Positions 26,264 to 36,111 are shown, numbered from the stretch's first letter. The stretch: DNA of 49,145 bases from a bacterium (GCA_043800755.1 JAZDMQ010000021.1:1-49145), one strand, 5' to 3'. The notes: generated by a model not told the origin, from the letters alone. A program made the numbers and translations.

Positions 26264-27637
26264 TCAGATCCTCCCTCCTTGAGTCGAGGAGAGAGGCCTG
26301 GGGCCTTCTGGATGAATTTTCCGATCTAACATGCGCATGCCGTAATTCATTCCCAGATAGAACCCCCGGCGGGGAGAATGGTGAAAGAGCCTGCCCCAGA
26401 TGGAGCGATGGCTCAGAGTCTCCCGCCAGAGCCAGTGCACTCCATCCAACAGCTGCTCCGGGGACATCCGCTTGGGCCTAAAGACCACATGGGTGCAATC
26501 GTAGCGGTCCCAGTCGAAGTCGAAGATGCGTCCCTCTTCCAACAGCTTCCGCCGCAGTCGGGTCGCGGGGAGGGGGGTGGAGATGAGGAAGTAGGAGGCA
26601 TCGATCCCGCTCCGGCGGATGAATTCATAAGTCCTTTCGAAGACCGAGAGGTCATCTCCATCCAGGCCGAGGATGAAGCTGGCCACGATCCCGATCCCGC
26701 GGCCCTGAATCCTCTTGATCGCCTCTTCATAATCGGTGGCCCGGTTGAAGCCTTTGCCCATCCGATTCAGGTTCCCCTGGGAGAGGGACTCGAAGCCGAT
26801 CGCCAGGCCAACACAGTTGGAGGATTGGCAAAGATCGAGCAGCTCCTGGTCCTTGGCGATGGCGATGGTGGAGTAGCTCATCCAGGGGACCCGGTATTTC
26901 CCCAACATCTGGAGCAGCTTGATCGCGTGGCCCTTCTCTCCGATGAGGTTGCTGTCGGCGAAGAAGATCATGCCCTGGGGGTAAGGGGTCGTGAGGCGCC
27001 GCAGCCCAGCCACCGCCGGCTGCTCCGCCACTGCCCGCACGTCCCTCTCCACCTCGTCCAGGGGGCGGACGCGAAACTCCCCCCCATAGAAGGAGGTAAC
27101 GGCACAGAAATCGCAATCCAGCGGGCAGCCTCGGGTCGTCTCCAGGATGGTGATGGGGAAGTACTTCTCCCTCTTCATCAGATCCCAGCGGGGCGGGGGG
27201 ACGCCTTCCAGGGAGGGAAATTCCGGATTTCGATAGATGGGCTGGAGCCTCCCCTCCGCAAAATCCCGGAGCAGCCGAGGCCAATTACCCTCCGCCTCCC
27301 CCACCACCACGGAATCGGCATGCTGGGCTGCCTCCTCCGGAACGGCGGTGGGGTGGATCCCGCCCAACACTACCTTGCTGCCCCTCTGCCGAAATCGCCC
27401 CGCGATCTCATAGGCCCGCAAGGCCATGGGGGTCATCAGGGTGATTCCCACCAGATCCGGTTCCTCATTGAAATCGATATCCTCCACGATCTCATCCACG
27501 AGATGAACCTCGAACTCCGGAGGCACCATTCCCGCGAGGACCGGAAGGCAGGCGGTGGGGAAGGGGAATTTGAATTTCCGCCCCACCGCGGTATGCCTTC
27601 CTTCAGGACAGATCAGGAGAATTCGCACGGGCCTCAA
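26264..27637 (-). CDS. B12-binding radical SAM protein
   Basis: VVLGGIHPT, GEAEG, RGCPLDCDFC, IGFES. Confidence 0.92.
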   Translation of the reverse strand: MRPVRILLICPEGRHTAVGRKFKFPFPTACLPVLAGMVPPEFEVHLVDEIVEDIDFNEEPDLVGITLMTPMALRAYEIAGRFRQRGSKVVLGGIHPTAVPEEAAQHADSVVVGEAEGNWPRLLRDFAEGRLQPIYRNPEFPSLEGVPPPRWDLMKREKYFPITILETTRGCPLDCDFCAVTSFYGGEFRVRPLDEVERDVRAVAEQPAVAGLRRLTTPYPQGMIFFADSNLIGEKGHAIKLLQMLGKYRVPWMSYSTIAIAKDQELLDLCQSSNCVGLAIGFESLSQGNLNRMGKGFNRATDYEEAIKRIQGRGIGIVASFILGLDGDDLSVFERTYEFIRRSGIDASYFLISTPLPATRLRRKLLEEGRIFDFDWDRYDCTHVVFRPKRMSPEQLLDGVHWLWRETLSHRSIWGRLFHHSPRRGFYLGMNYGMRMLDRKIHPEGPRPLSSTQGGRI

Positions 27638-29127
27638 CTATTCTGCCCTCTCGGGCCGTGAACCGGCTGAAATGGCCGACCCAGCTTCTGGCTCATGAAG
27701 GCCTCAAAGGGCATATAGTTCTTCTGCTCCCATTTCTGGCGGGTGATGGTCTCCCAGGCGAGCTTCAAGAAGAACTGATTGTTGCGACGCAGGAATGGAT
27801 TCGGGGAGAAGAAGGCATCCCAAAACACCTGGGGCCGGGAGTAGAACCTCTGTATCGCCCGGGGATGAAGGGTGCCGACTTGCTCCAGCGAAAGGGTCCT
27901 GGTGGGCATGATCGGGTTGAGCATGTCATACTTGGAATAATCCCTCTCCTGGATGCGGCCCTCCGCCTCGGCCTGACGTGCATATTCCGTCCCAGGAAGG
28001 GGGGTGGTAAGCTGGATGGCAAAATGGGCGCTATAGGGCGCGGCGAATTTCAGCGTCTCCTTTAAAGTCTCCTCCGTATCCTCCCAGTCCCCCCACATGA
28101 CGTTGGCAATAAAGAGGAGTCCGTTTTTCTTGATGACCTCCATCGCCTGCCGCGCCATTTCAGGGGTTTGCTTCTTGTTATAGTTATCCAGGACCTTCTG
28201 GCTGGGTGTCTCGACCCCCATGGATAGCATGTAAAGCCCCAGTCTCTTCAGGCGGGGCAGAAGGTCGGCGTCCCGCAGGATGGCATCCACCCGGGTCTGA
28301 AACCAGAAGTGGATGGGAAGCTTCCTTGACTCCAATTCCTCGGCGAATTCCAGCAGACGCTGGCGCGTGCCGTTGAAGATGTCATCCCCGAACATGAAGG
28401 AGATCTTGCCGAATTTCCGATACAGAAGCTCCATCTCATCCACCACCAGCTTGGCCGAGCGGGGCCGCCAGGTATTTCGCCACAACGCCGCCTCCGAACA
28501 GAAGGTGCATTCCCCCTCGCAGCCCCGAGCGGTGGTGAGGACGATCGAGCGATGGATATCCATCCCCAGGGAGGGCATGAAATAGCGATCCATGGGGAAG
28601 AGGTGGTAGGCGGGAAGCGGTAGCTCATCGACATTGGGGAGGAGGGGCCTCTGCGGAGTCTTCACGATCTGCCCATCCCTGCGAAAGGCCAGACCCTTAA
28701 CCTCCATGGCATCACCTCGCGACTCCAGGGTCCGAAGCAACTCGTGCATGGACACCTCGCCCTCCCCGACCACGATATAATCGAGGGAGGGGCATTCCTG
28801 GAGGCTCTCCTCCGGCAGGGCGGAGAAGTGAGCGCCCCCGCCCACAGTGATGATCTTGGAATCGATCGTCTTCACCAGATAGGCGGTGTTCATCGCGTCA
28901 TAGACGAAGGAGGTGGAGCTGGATCCAATCCCTACCACATCCGGATGGTAGGCGCGGACGGTCTCTTCCAGATCTTCCCAGGGATGATCGAGGACCGTCC
29001 CATCGCAGACTGCCACCTCGAAATCCTTCTCCAGATAGGCCGACAGGGCCACCAATCCGGGAAAAGGCATACGCCCCCGGAAATACTTGAAGATAGCATG
29101 AGGTGGATCGATCAAGAGAACCTTCAT
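27634..29127 (-). CDS. B12-binding radical SAM protein (BchE-like class B)
   Basis: GGGAHFS, GEGE, RGCEGECTFC, MGVET, TPLPGT. Confidence 0.92.
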   Translation of the reverse strand: MKVLLIDPPHAIFKYFRGRMPFPGLVALSAYLEKDFEVAVCDGTVLDHPWEDLEETVRAYHPDVVGIGSSSTSFVYDAMNTAYLVKTIDSKIITVGGGAHFSALPEESLQECPSLDYIVVGEGEVSMHELLRTLESRGDAMEVKGLAFRRDGQIVKTPQRPLLPNVDELPLPAYHLFPMDRYFMPSLGMDIHRSIVLTTARGCEGECTFCSEAALWRNTWRPRSAKLVVDEMELLYRKFGKISFMFGDDIFNGTRQRLLEFAEELESRKLPIHFWFQTRVDAILRDADLLPRLKRLGLYMLSMGVETPSQKVLDNYNKKQTPEMARQAMEVIKKNGLLFIANVMWGDWEDTEETLKETLKFAAPYSAHFAIQLTTPLPGTEYARQAEAEGRIQERDYSKYDMLNPIMPTRTLSLEQVGTLHPRAIQRFYSRPQVFWDAFFSPNPFLRRNNQFFLKLAWETITRQKWEQKNYMPFEAFMSQKLGRPFQPVHGPRGQNS

Positions 29128-29174
29128 CTTAACCCCCTTGACAGGTGAATGGGAAAAGGAACCTGCTCATCTCT

Positions 29175-30626
29175 TTAGCGAGGAGGAGTGGCATCGGCCT
29201 CCACCCCCAGCTCCCTCAGCCGCTCCTTGACCTGGGGAAGGAAGACGCTGGGGGTCTCGGTCAGCCAGCCCTTCAAGACATCCTCCTTGGAGATGCGGTT
29301 CGACCTCCTCTCCCGGGCGCTCTTCTCCGCCCCGGCAGAGGTCTTCTTCTGGGCAATCTTCTTGAGTAGGGCGGGGACAGCCTCCAGCAGATCCTGGTGC
29401 AAACCCCTGGCCTCCCCTTCCCAGACCAGCCCCTGATCCTCCCGATATTCCTGCTCCTTGGCAAAGACGGCCCCGCTCACTAGGTCCTCCAGGAAGGCAT
29501 CGTACTTCGCCACCTGGGCCTTCAATTCCTCGCTCTTCACACTGATCGCCCGATCGGCAATCTCATCGCAGTAGCGGCACTCCTCACAGAAGGTGCGGGA
29601 GCAGTCCACCTTCTTGAAGAATTCGAGGAAGTCCGCCGGGATCTTGCGGGAATCGATCTCGATGAGCTCGCTCACCGTCATGTCGCAGCAGTCGGCGAAG
29701 TCCATCAGTTTGTCCGTATTCACGAACTCCTCCCGCATCAGGTATTTCAAGTTGACCGGGAGAAATGCCCCTCGCTTGGGCAGATTCAAGAGATCGATCA
29801 GGTTTCCCTCATATCTTCGTTCCGTATACGCCTTCAGATAGGAGAGGAGCACCTCGGTGGTCTTGTAACGGTCAATGATCTTCAGCCGATCAATCCCCAC
29901 CTCCTCATAGTAACCCACATCCTCAGGCCGGATCCACCGGATTTTTATCAATTCCCTGGGGTCGGCCATCTTCCTCCGGGTGCAGGAGAAATAGCAGCTA
30001 TCGATGATGAATCCCTCGCTCACATGCCCGGCCTGGGAGCCGTGGGTCATGGTATTGGTGTGATTCAGGTGCTGATGGCACTCATAGAGACAACCCGGAT
30101 TGGCGATAAGGATCAGCTCCCCCTGGAAGGCTTTCCGGATCGCCTCCAGCATCCGGAAATCCCGGGCCGTATCCTCCTTCAGGATGATCGAATCCGCCCC
30201 CCAGTCCTCCCAGAATTTTGCGGTACGGGGATTGTTGACCCGCGCGTGGCTGGAGATCTTCACCTCCAGGCGGGGAAACTGCTTCTTGATGATGCACAAC
30301 AGGAAGGGGATGGAGACGGTGACGGAATCCACGCCCAGGCTCTCCACCCAGGCGATATGCTCTACGATCCTTTTGTTTCCCTCCCTCTGATATTCCATGT
30401 TGTCCAGGCAGGTGGCATTCAAGAGGAAGTTGAACCGCAGCCCCCGACGATGGACTTCCTTCACATATTGCTCCACATGCTCCGGCGTAGCCTCCACCGC
30501 CACAAAGGAACCCCTCCCTCCCGCGATGGGGCTATTGGGCATCCCCCCAAAGAGCTCATCCGCGGGGGTTCCCGCCAAGCCGTCCAACAGCGCGGGATCC
30601 CAGTTGCAGGCCATCTCAAATTTCAT
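29175..30626 (-). CDS. U32 family Fe-S protein with C-terminal PCP_red-like helical domain
   Basis: FNFLLNATC, ANPGCLYEC, SCYFSC, WIRPED, LKIIDR; tail WEGEA..VPALLKKIA..AE..ISKEDV. Confidence 0.82.
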   Translation of the reverse strand: MKFEMACNWDPALLDGLAGTPADELFGGMPNSPIAGGRGSFVAVEATPEHVEQYVKEVHRRGLRFNFLLNATCLDNMEYQREGNKRIVEHIAWVESLGVDSVTVSIPFLLCIIKKQFPRLEVKISSHARVNNPRTAKFWEDWGADSIILKEDTARDFRMLEAIRKAFQGELILIANPGCLYECHQHLNHTNTMTHGSQAGHVSEGFIIDSCYFSCTRRKMADPRELIKIRWIRPEDVGYYEEVGIDRLKIIDRYKTTEVLLSYLKAYTERRYEGNLIDLLNLPKRGAFLPVNLKYLMREEFVNTDKLMDFADCCDMTVSELIEIDSRKIPADFLEFFKKVDCSRTFCEECRYCDEIADRAISVKSEELKAQVAKYDAFLEDLVSGAVFAKEQEYREDQGLVWEGEARGLHQDLLEAVPALLKKIAQKKTSAGAEKSARERRSNRISKEDVLKGWLTETPSVFLPQVKERLRELGVEADATPPR

Positions 30627-30691
30627 CGCTCCCTCCTCGAAAATAACCCGTTAACCAGCGCCCATTCGCCATTAGATCATGGCGCCAGGTG

Positions 30692-32221
30692 TTACAGTGC
30701 CCCTTCCACCCATTCGGCGGCCCGGCGACCCGTCATGAAGGCCGCAGGAAGCCCGCCGGGATTAAAGGTCCAGTGGCCGGCCAAAAAAAGGTTCTTGATC
30801 GGGGTCTTCTGGGGGAGCTTGTGCTGCTCCTCCGCGTCCATGCTCCAGCCGGAGGAGGCGCCCATGCTGTTTCCCGTATATCGATAGAAGGTCAGGGGCG
30901 AGGCCGCCTCTTTCACCAGGATATGGCTCTCCAGGCCCGGGATCGCCTCGCCGGCCAAGCGGACCAAGGAATCGGCCACCCCCTCCTTCCAATCTTCATA
31001 TCCCCTCCGATGCTCTCCCTCCACCCTCCCAAACCACCTCTCGCAATCCGGCGCGAAGGCGCCGATGACGACGGCATGGCCGCCTGCAGGGGCGGCTCCC
31101 TCATCGCTTAAGGAGGGGATGCCGATGCCGATATATTCGGGAAGGACGGCCCTCCCCTCCCTCTCCGGAAAATACCAGAGGACGGGGAAGGGGCAGCTAT
31201 CTCCCGCCTTCAAGTCCAGATCCACCCCCAGATACACATAGAAGAAGGACTCCGACAGCCTCCACTTCCTCAAGCTCTCCAGATACCTCCGGGGCAGCCT
31301 CGCTCCCCCTCGGGATGAGGGATCCCCCGCAGGGCTATCCCCGCCCAGCATCTGCAGAAAGGTCTGCCGGGCATCGGCATTGGAGATCACCGTCCGGGCT
31401 CCAATTACGGTATTATCCGCCAGCCGGACCCCCGTGGCCCGGCCCTTCTGGGTGAGAATCTCCGCCACCCTGCGGTCATAGAGGATCTCCCCTTTGCCCC
31501 TCCGGCAATTCTCAGCAAGGACATCCGCGATCCTCTGGATCCCCCCCCGGGGATAATAGCAATCTGCGCTGGAGATGATATTCCAGAACCAGGAGAGCAT
31601 CACCATGGAGACCCGGGGGAAGATGGCAGCGATCTTCAAGATTCGCCGCAGATCGGGATCCCGGGTGAGGCGATCCACCACCTCTGCCCCGCGACGGCGG
31701 TGGTAGCGGGCGATGTGGGGAAAGCGGAGGGGAAAGGTGGCATGGAAGCCGAGTCTGGCCAGGCCCTCCTTCGCGTCGGGGTCGGCCGTGAAGAGGTGGA
31801 ACATCTCCTGCGTGATCTTGCCCTGAAGGGCAAAGAATCGATCCAGGCCCTCCCTCTCCGCGGGGAAGCGTCCCTGCAGATAGGCCAGGGTCTGGGATCT
31901 GCCCTGGGGGATCGCATACCGATTCCCGGGGGTAGCCACCGCCAGGGGGGGATCGATCTGGACGAAATCGATCTCCCCCTCCAGGCCCAGATCTCTCAAA
32001 ATCTGATGGATGATCCCCCCCTCGCCACACTGGGCGATCCAGTGGACGCCCGCGTCGAACCGAAATCCCCCCCGGGCAAAGGAGGTGGCGCATCCCCCCG
32101 GACGGGGGTTCTGCTCGATGATCAGGGTGGAGTAGCCCGCCTGAGCCAGGTAATTCCCTGCGGTGAGGCCGCCGATCCCGGAGCCGATAATGATCACATC
32201 GTAGGAGTTATCCATGGTCAC
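30692..32221 (-). CDS. Second phytoene desaturase-family FAD oxidoreductase
   Basis: IIGSGIGGL, FDAGVHW, SPLTFYRYT, LFLAGHWTFNPGG. Confidence 0.88.
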   Translation of the reverse strand: MTMDNSYDVIIIGSGIGGLTAGNYLAQAGYSTLIIEQNPRPGGCATSFARGGFRFDAGVHWIAQCGEGGIIHQILRDLGLEGEIDFVQIDPPLAVATPGNRYAIPQGRSQTLAYLQGRFPAEREGLDRFFALQGKITQEMFHLFTADPDAKEGLARLGFHATFPLRFPHIARYHRRRGAEVVDRLTRDPDLRRILKIAAIFPRVSMVMLSWFWNIISSADCYYPRGGIQRIADVLAENCRRGKGEILYDRRVAEILTQKGRATGVRLADNTVIGARTVISNADARQTFLQMLGGDSPAGDPSSRGGARLPRRYLESLRKWRLSESFFYVYLGVDLDLKAGDSCPFPVLWYFPEREGRAVLPEYIGIGIPSLSDEGAAPAGGHAVVIGAFAPDCERWFGRVEGEHRRGYEDWKEGVADSLVRLAGEAIPGLESHILVKEAASPLTFYRYTGNSMGASSGWSMDAEEQHKLPQKTPIKNLFLAGHWTFNPGGLPAAFMTGRRAAEWVEGAL

Positions 32222-33260
32222 CTGATCCCGCCTCGCCCCTCACCGCCGTCCCGTTTTCCCAGTAGGACACATAATTGAACCACTGATCGGGATACCTTCG
32301 CAGATATCCCTCCAGGACAGATGTCACCCGCGTCAGATTCTCCCGCATATCCTCCTCGCGATTCCCCGTCTCCTGCATGGGCACGGGATCCTCCACCAGG
32401 AAGCGATAACCCTTCTTCTCCTGGAGGATGAAGATGGGGATCAGCGGGGCCTTGCTGGCCATGGCCAGGATGACCGGGCCCGGGGGGAAGGAGACCGGGG
32501 AGCCGAAGAATTCCACCTTCACCCCCCTCCTCCCATAATTTCTGTCTCCCTGGAGGCAAACGATCTCGTTGCGCCGAAGGGCCTTCATCATAGAGACCAG
32601 GGAGAAAGGAGTCCCGCTGATGGAGAGCTGCCCCACCCCCTTCCGCTCGCGGTAACGCCGGCGGGATTTCTCCACCCCCCAGATGCGATCCGGAAAATAG
32701 ACGATGTTCACCGGAAGGTGAAGGGCCTTGAGGATCATCCCCCCCAATTCCCAGTTTCCCAGGTGGGCGGTGACGAGGATGGCCCCCTGGCCTTCTTGCA
32801 GGGCTTGGGTGATCACCTGCTCATTGGACACGCCGGAGATCAGGCCCCGCAACGCTCCCTCGTCCATGCGGGAGGTGCAGATCAGATCGATCAGATATTG
32901 CGCATACCGGCGGAAGGTCTGCTTGGCCAATCGGGCCGCCTCTTCCCGGGAGGTCCCCTCCCCCAGTATATGGTGGATATTGGAGATCACGGCCTCGCGG
33001 TCCAATCGGGCGAAGAGGAAATAGAGGTCGGCAAAGGGGATTCGAACCTTCGAGATGGCCTCACGGGAGAAGAGGCGGAGGGTGAGCCGCAGGGCATGAA
33101 ACAGGAAGGCATTCAGGGGATAATGATACCAGGCCCTCTTGAACGGCGTCCTGGACTCCACCTCCCAGACAATTGAGGATCTCCCCTTCGGCATTGCCTC
33201 CGAGACCGCAAGCAGCTCAGCCTTCTCCAATCTTCCTCCTCTCTCCTCCTGCGGAGCCAA
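32208..33260 (-). CDS. Lysophospholipid / lipid A (LpxL-type) acyltransferase
   Basis: VTAHLGNWE, LQGDR, FFG, YPDQWF. Start uncertain. Confidence 0.88.
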   Translation of the reverse strand: MAPQEERGGRLEKAELLAVSEAMPKGRSSIVWEVESRTPFKRAWYHYPLNAFLFHALRLTLRLFSREAISKVRIPFADLYFLFARLDREAVISNIHHILGEGTSREEAARLAKQTFRRYAQYLIDLICTSRMDEGALRGLISGVSNEQVITQALQEGQGAILVTAHLGNWELGGMILKALHLPVNIVYFPDRIWGVEKSRRRYRERKGVGQLSISGTPFSLVSMMKALRRNEIVCLQGDRNYGRRGVKVEFFGSPVSFPPGPVILAMASKAPLIPIFILQEKKGYRFLVEDPVPMQETGNREEDMRENLTRVTSVLEGYLRRYPDQWFNYVSYWENGTAVRGEAGSGDHG

Positions 33261-34638
33261 CGCCCCGGCCCCTGCCCCTCAGGTTGCGCATATAGCCCCA
33301 GATGGGCCCCAGCTTCCCTCTCCGGCAGAACTGCTGCAGTCTCACCGAGTAATTGATATGGCAGCCCGGGACGATCCAACTGCGGCACCTGCCCGCGTGG
33401 GCCACCACCAGATCAATCACTTCGTCCCCCAGGGCGGGGGAGAGGTAGAACCTGGGAGGATGGGCAATCTCCGCGGGGTGAAAGAGTCCCTCTCTCACCA
33501 GGGCCTGGGCCAACGCCGTATGGGGATAAACCCGCACCCCGATCATGGCGATCACCGCGGTGGGATCCACCTCCTCCATCAGTTCAAAGGTCTCCTGGAG
33601 GGTGGCGCGATCCTCTCCCGGGCCTCCCAAAATCAGGCTGTGGCAGAATTGAATCCCCGACCGATGGCAGGAGGAGGAGGCCTCCCGGATCTGCTGGGGC
33701 CCGAAGTTCTTCTTCAGGGCGGAGAGGACCAGAGGGGAGCCGGAGTCGGTCCCGAACTCGAGGTTCTTGCAGCCGGCCCGGGCCATCAGCTCCACCAGGG
33801 GAGGGCTCAGGTAGCCGGGATGGGCATAGCAGGTCCAGCTGATTCGGAGGCCCCGAGCAATGATCTGCTCGCAGATCGCCTGGGCATGCTGGGGGGGGTG
33901 ATTGAAGACATCATCCACGAAGAAGAAGTGGCCGATGCCATAATCCCTCTGCAGCCCTTCCATCTCCGCCACCACCTTCTCCGGATCTCGCAGGCGCACC
34001 CTCCCACCATTGATCAGGGGGTAGGTGCAATAGATGCACTGGAAGGCACAGCCCCGCTTCGACTGAATATTGCAGACCCCGCCTTCGCGGAGATAGGCGG
34101 CCACATCCAACAGGTCCCGGGCGGGCAGGGGCAAGGCATCGATATTGAGCAAAGGGGAAGGAGGTGTGATCTGGAATTGGCCTCCCTTCCTGCAGATGAG
34201 CCCCGGCACCCCATCTGTCGCCCCCTGCGCCAGGAACCGGACCATGGACCCCTCTCCTTCCCCCACGATGCCCATCTCCAAATCGAGCAGCCCGAGGAGC
34301 TCCTCGGGCATGATGGTGAAGCCCGATCCTCCCACCAGGATTGGGGCGGGTGAGAAGCGACGCAGCAAATCCACCACCCTCCGCAGAGGCTCGATGTAGG
34401 AGACGGTGAAGGGGTAGGCGGTGTTGTCCACATTGCGGATGGAGAGGCCGATGATCTCGGGGGGGAAGGCGCGGAGGCCTTCCTGGATGGAGGCCTCAAG
34501 GTCAAGGGAGAAGCAGAGGTCCAAGAGGGCAACCTCATGGCCCGCCTCCCTCAAGGCCGCCGCCAGGTAAGAAAGCCCAATGGGGGATACCGGATCGGGA
34601 AGGAACTCCTGATTGGGGGAAACCAGCATTACCCGCAT
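33217..34638 (-). CDS. Lipid-biosynthesis-type B12-binding radical SAM protein
   Basis: PDPVSPIGLSYL, LSIRNVDN, RGCAFQCIYCTYP, EFGTDS, GVRVYPHT. Confidence 0.9.
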   Translation of the reverse strand: MRVMLVSPNQEFLPDPVSPIGLSYLAAALREAGHEVALLDLCFSLDLEASIQEGLRAFPPEIIGLSIRNVDNTAYPFTVSYIEPLRRVVDLLRRFSPAPILVGGSGFTIMPEELLGLLDLEMGIVGEGEGSMVRFLAQGATDGVPGLICRKGGQFQITPPSPLLNIDALPLPARDLLDVAAYLREGGVCNIQSKRGCAFQCIYCTYPLINGGRVRLRDPEKVVAEMEGLQRDYGIGHFFFVDDVFNHPPQHAQAICEQIIARGLRISWTCYAHPGYLSPPLVELMARAGCKNLEFGTDSGSPLVLSALKKNFGPQQIREASSSCHRSGIQFCHSLILGGPGEDRATLQETFELMEEVDPTAVIAMIGVRVYPHTALAQALVREGLFHPAEIAHPPRFYLSPALGDEVIDLVVAHAGRCRSWIVPGCHINYSVRLQQFCRRGKLGPIWGYMRNLRGRGRGVGSAGGERRKIGEG

Positions 34639-34647
34639 AAGTTACTG

Positions 34648-35871
34648 TCAGATCCGGGGTTGCAGGGAAAGCTCGCTGATCCGCGGGACATACCCCGCTT
34701 TCCGATGGGAATAAAATTCTCTCCAGGCCTGCCGATATCCGTCCCGGAGTTGGTCCACGGACATGGATCTGGGCTTGAAAACCACATGCATGGTATTGTA
34801 CTTGCTCCAATCCCGCTCAAAGATCCTCCCCTCCTCCTCCAATCTCTCGAAAAGGCGGGTCTTGGGATAGGGGGTCAAGATCAGGAATTCCACCTCATCC
34901 AACCCGGCCTCCTGGGCAAACCTCACCGTCCGCTCGAAGACCCCCGGATCATCGTGATCGAAGCCAAAGGCAAAGGAACCGATCACCTCGATCCCCGCAT
35001 CGTGGATCTTCTTGAGGTGGTCAAAGCACCGCTCCCTCTGGTGGAGCCCCTTGTTTCTCTCACTGAGGTCCGCGGAAATCCAGGGGCCCATGTCCACATA
35101 CATCAGCCAGCAGCCGCTTTTAGCCATCAGCCCTAATAGATCGGAATCGTCAGCGATGCGCAGGGAGCCCAAGCAGACCCATTTCTTGTTGAGGGGAATG
35201 AGGGCCTGCAGGAGCTTCTCGGTATAGGACTTCTTGATCAGGAGGTTATCGTCGACGAAGAAGAGGGAGGAGCTCAACTCCGCGATCTCGGAGAGGACCT
35301 CGGGGAGCGGACGGACGCGATAGGAACGGCCGAAGGTAGCCGGCACGGAGCAAAACTCACAATTCACCGGACACCCTCGCGCCGCCTGGATCAAATCCAC
35401 CGGCAGGTATCCCTTGCCCCGGAGGAGGTCTCGTCGGGGGAAGGCGAGGTGGGACAGCTCCACCTTCTCCCCACAGCGGTAGACGGGCTCCAGGCCCCCG
35501 TCCCGAAGGTCTTTCAGGAGTTGAGGAAAGACGCCTTCCGCCTCTCCCACCACCACCGAATCCACATGGGCTGCGGCCTCCTGAGGGAGCACCGAGGGAT
35601 GGGGTCCTCCTAAGATCACCTTCACCTTCCGCGTCCGGAAGGCATCTGCGATGGCGTAGGCGCGGGAGGCTTGAAAGGTCATGGCCGAGATCGCCACCAG
35701 GTCGGCCTCCTCCTCAAAATCGATCGGCTCCAATCTCTCATCGGTGAATTTCACCTCCCACTCCGGGGGAAAGAGGCTGGCCACGGTAATCAAGCCCAGG
35801 GAGGCAATCCGGCTGCGATAACGAAGCGGGAAGTCGCCTCCATCCGGATAAATAAGTCGTACTCTCATCAT
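34648..35871 (-). CDS. B12-binding radical SAM protein, divergent
   Basis: ILGGPHPS, GEAEG, RGCPVNCEFC, TPYPKT; the GxES motif is replaced. Confidence 0.9.
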   Translation of the reverse strand: MMRVRLIYPDGGDFPLRYRSRIASLGLITVASLFPPEWEVKFTDERLEPIDFEEEADLVAISAMTFQASRAYAIADAFRTRKVKVILGGPHPSVLPQEAAAHVDSVVVGEAEGVFPQLLKDLRDGGLEPVYRCGEKVELSHLAFPRRDLLRGKGYLPVDLIQAARGCPVNCEFCSVPATFGRSYRVRPLPEVLSEIAELSSSLFFVDDNLLIKKSYTEKLLQALIPLNKKWVCLGSLRIADDSDLLGLMAKSGCWLMYVDMGPWISADLSERNKGLHQRERCFDHLKKIHDAGIEVIGSFAFGFDHDDPGVFERTVRFAQEAGLDEVEFLILTPYPKTRLFERLEEEGRIFERDWSKYNTMHVVFKPRSMSVDQLRDGYRQAWREFYSHRKAGYVPRISELSLQPRI

Positions 35872-36111
35872 CTAAGGCGCCTCTGTGAAGAAAAACAGGG
35901 TGTCCGCGCTTTCTCGTAAAAAAGGTTATCTCCTGCAGCGAAGACACCCGTCCAGGGGAGGTTGATCTCCTCCCCAAGCAATATACAAGCTAAGAAGCGT
36001 CTTGGCCCATCGTCTCCTCCATCGAGCTGCCGGATTTACCATGGATGAGGCGAAGATAAACCTTTTCACTTCAGGGAGCGAATCACGGCCGCCCGGGAAG
36101 GCAGCGCTTGA

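Noticed and set aside
35872-36111. Cobalamin riboswitch
   Set aside because: Only a GGT..AATCCGG fragment; the GCCACTG/GGGAAG B12-box arrangement is absent.
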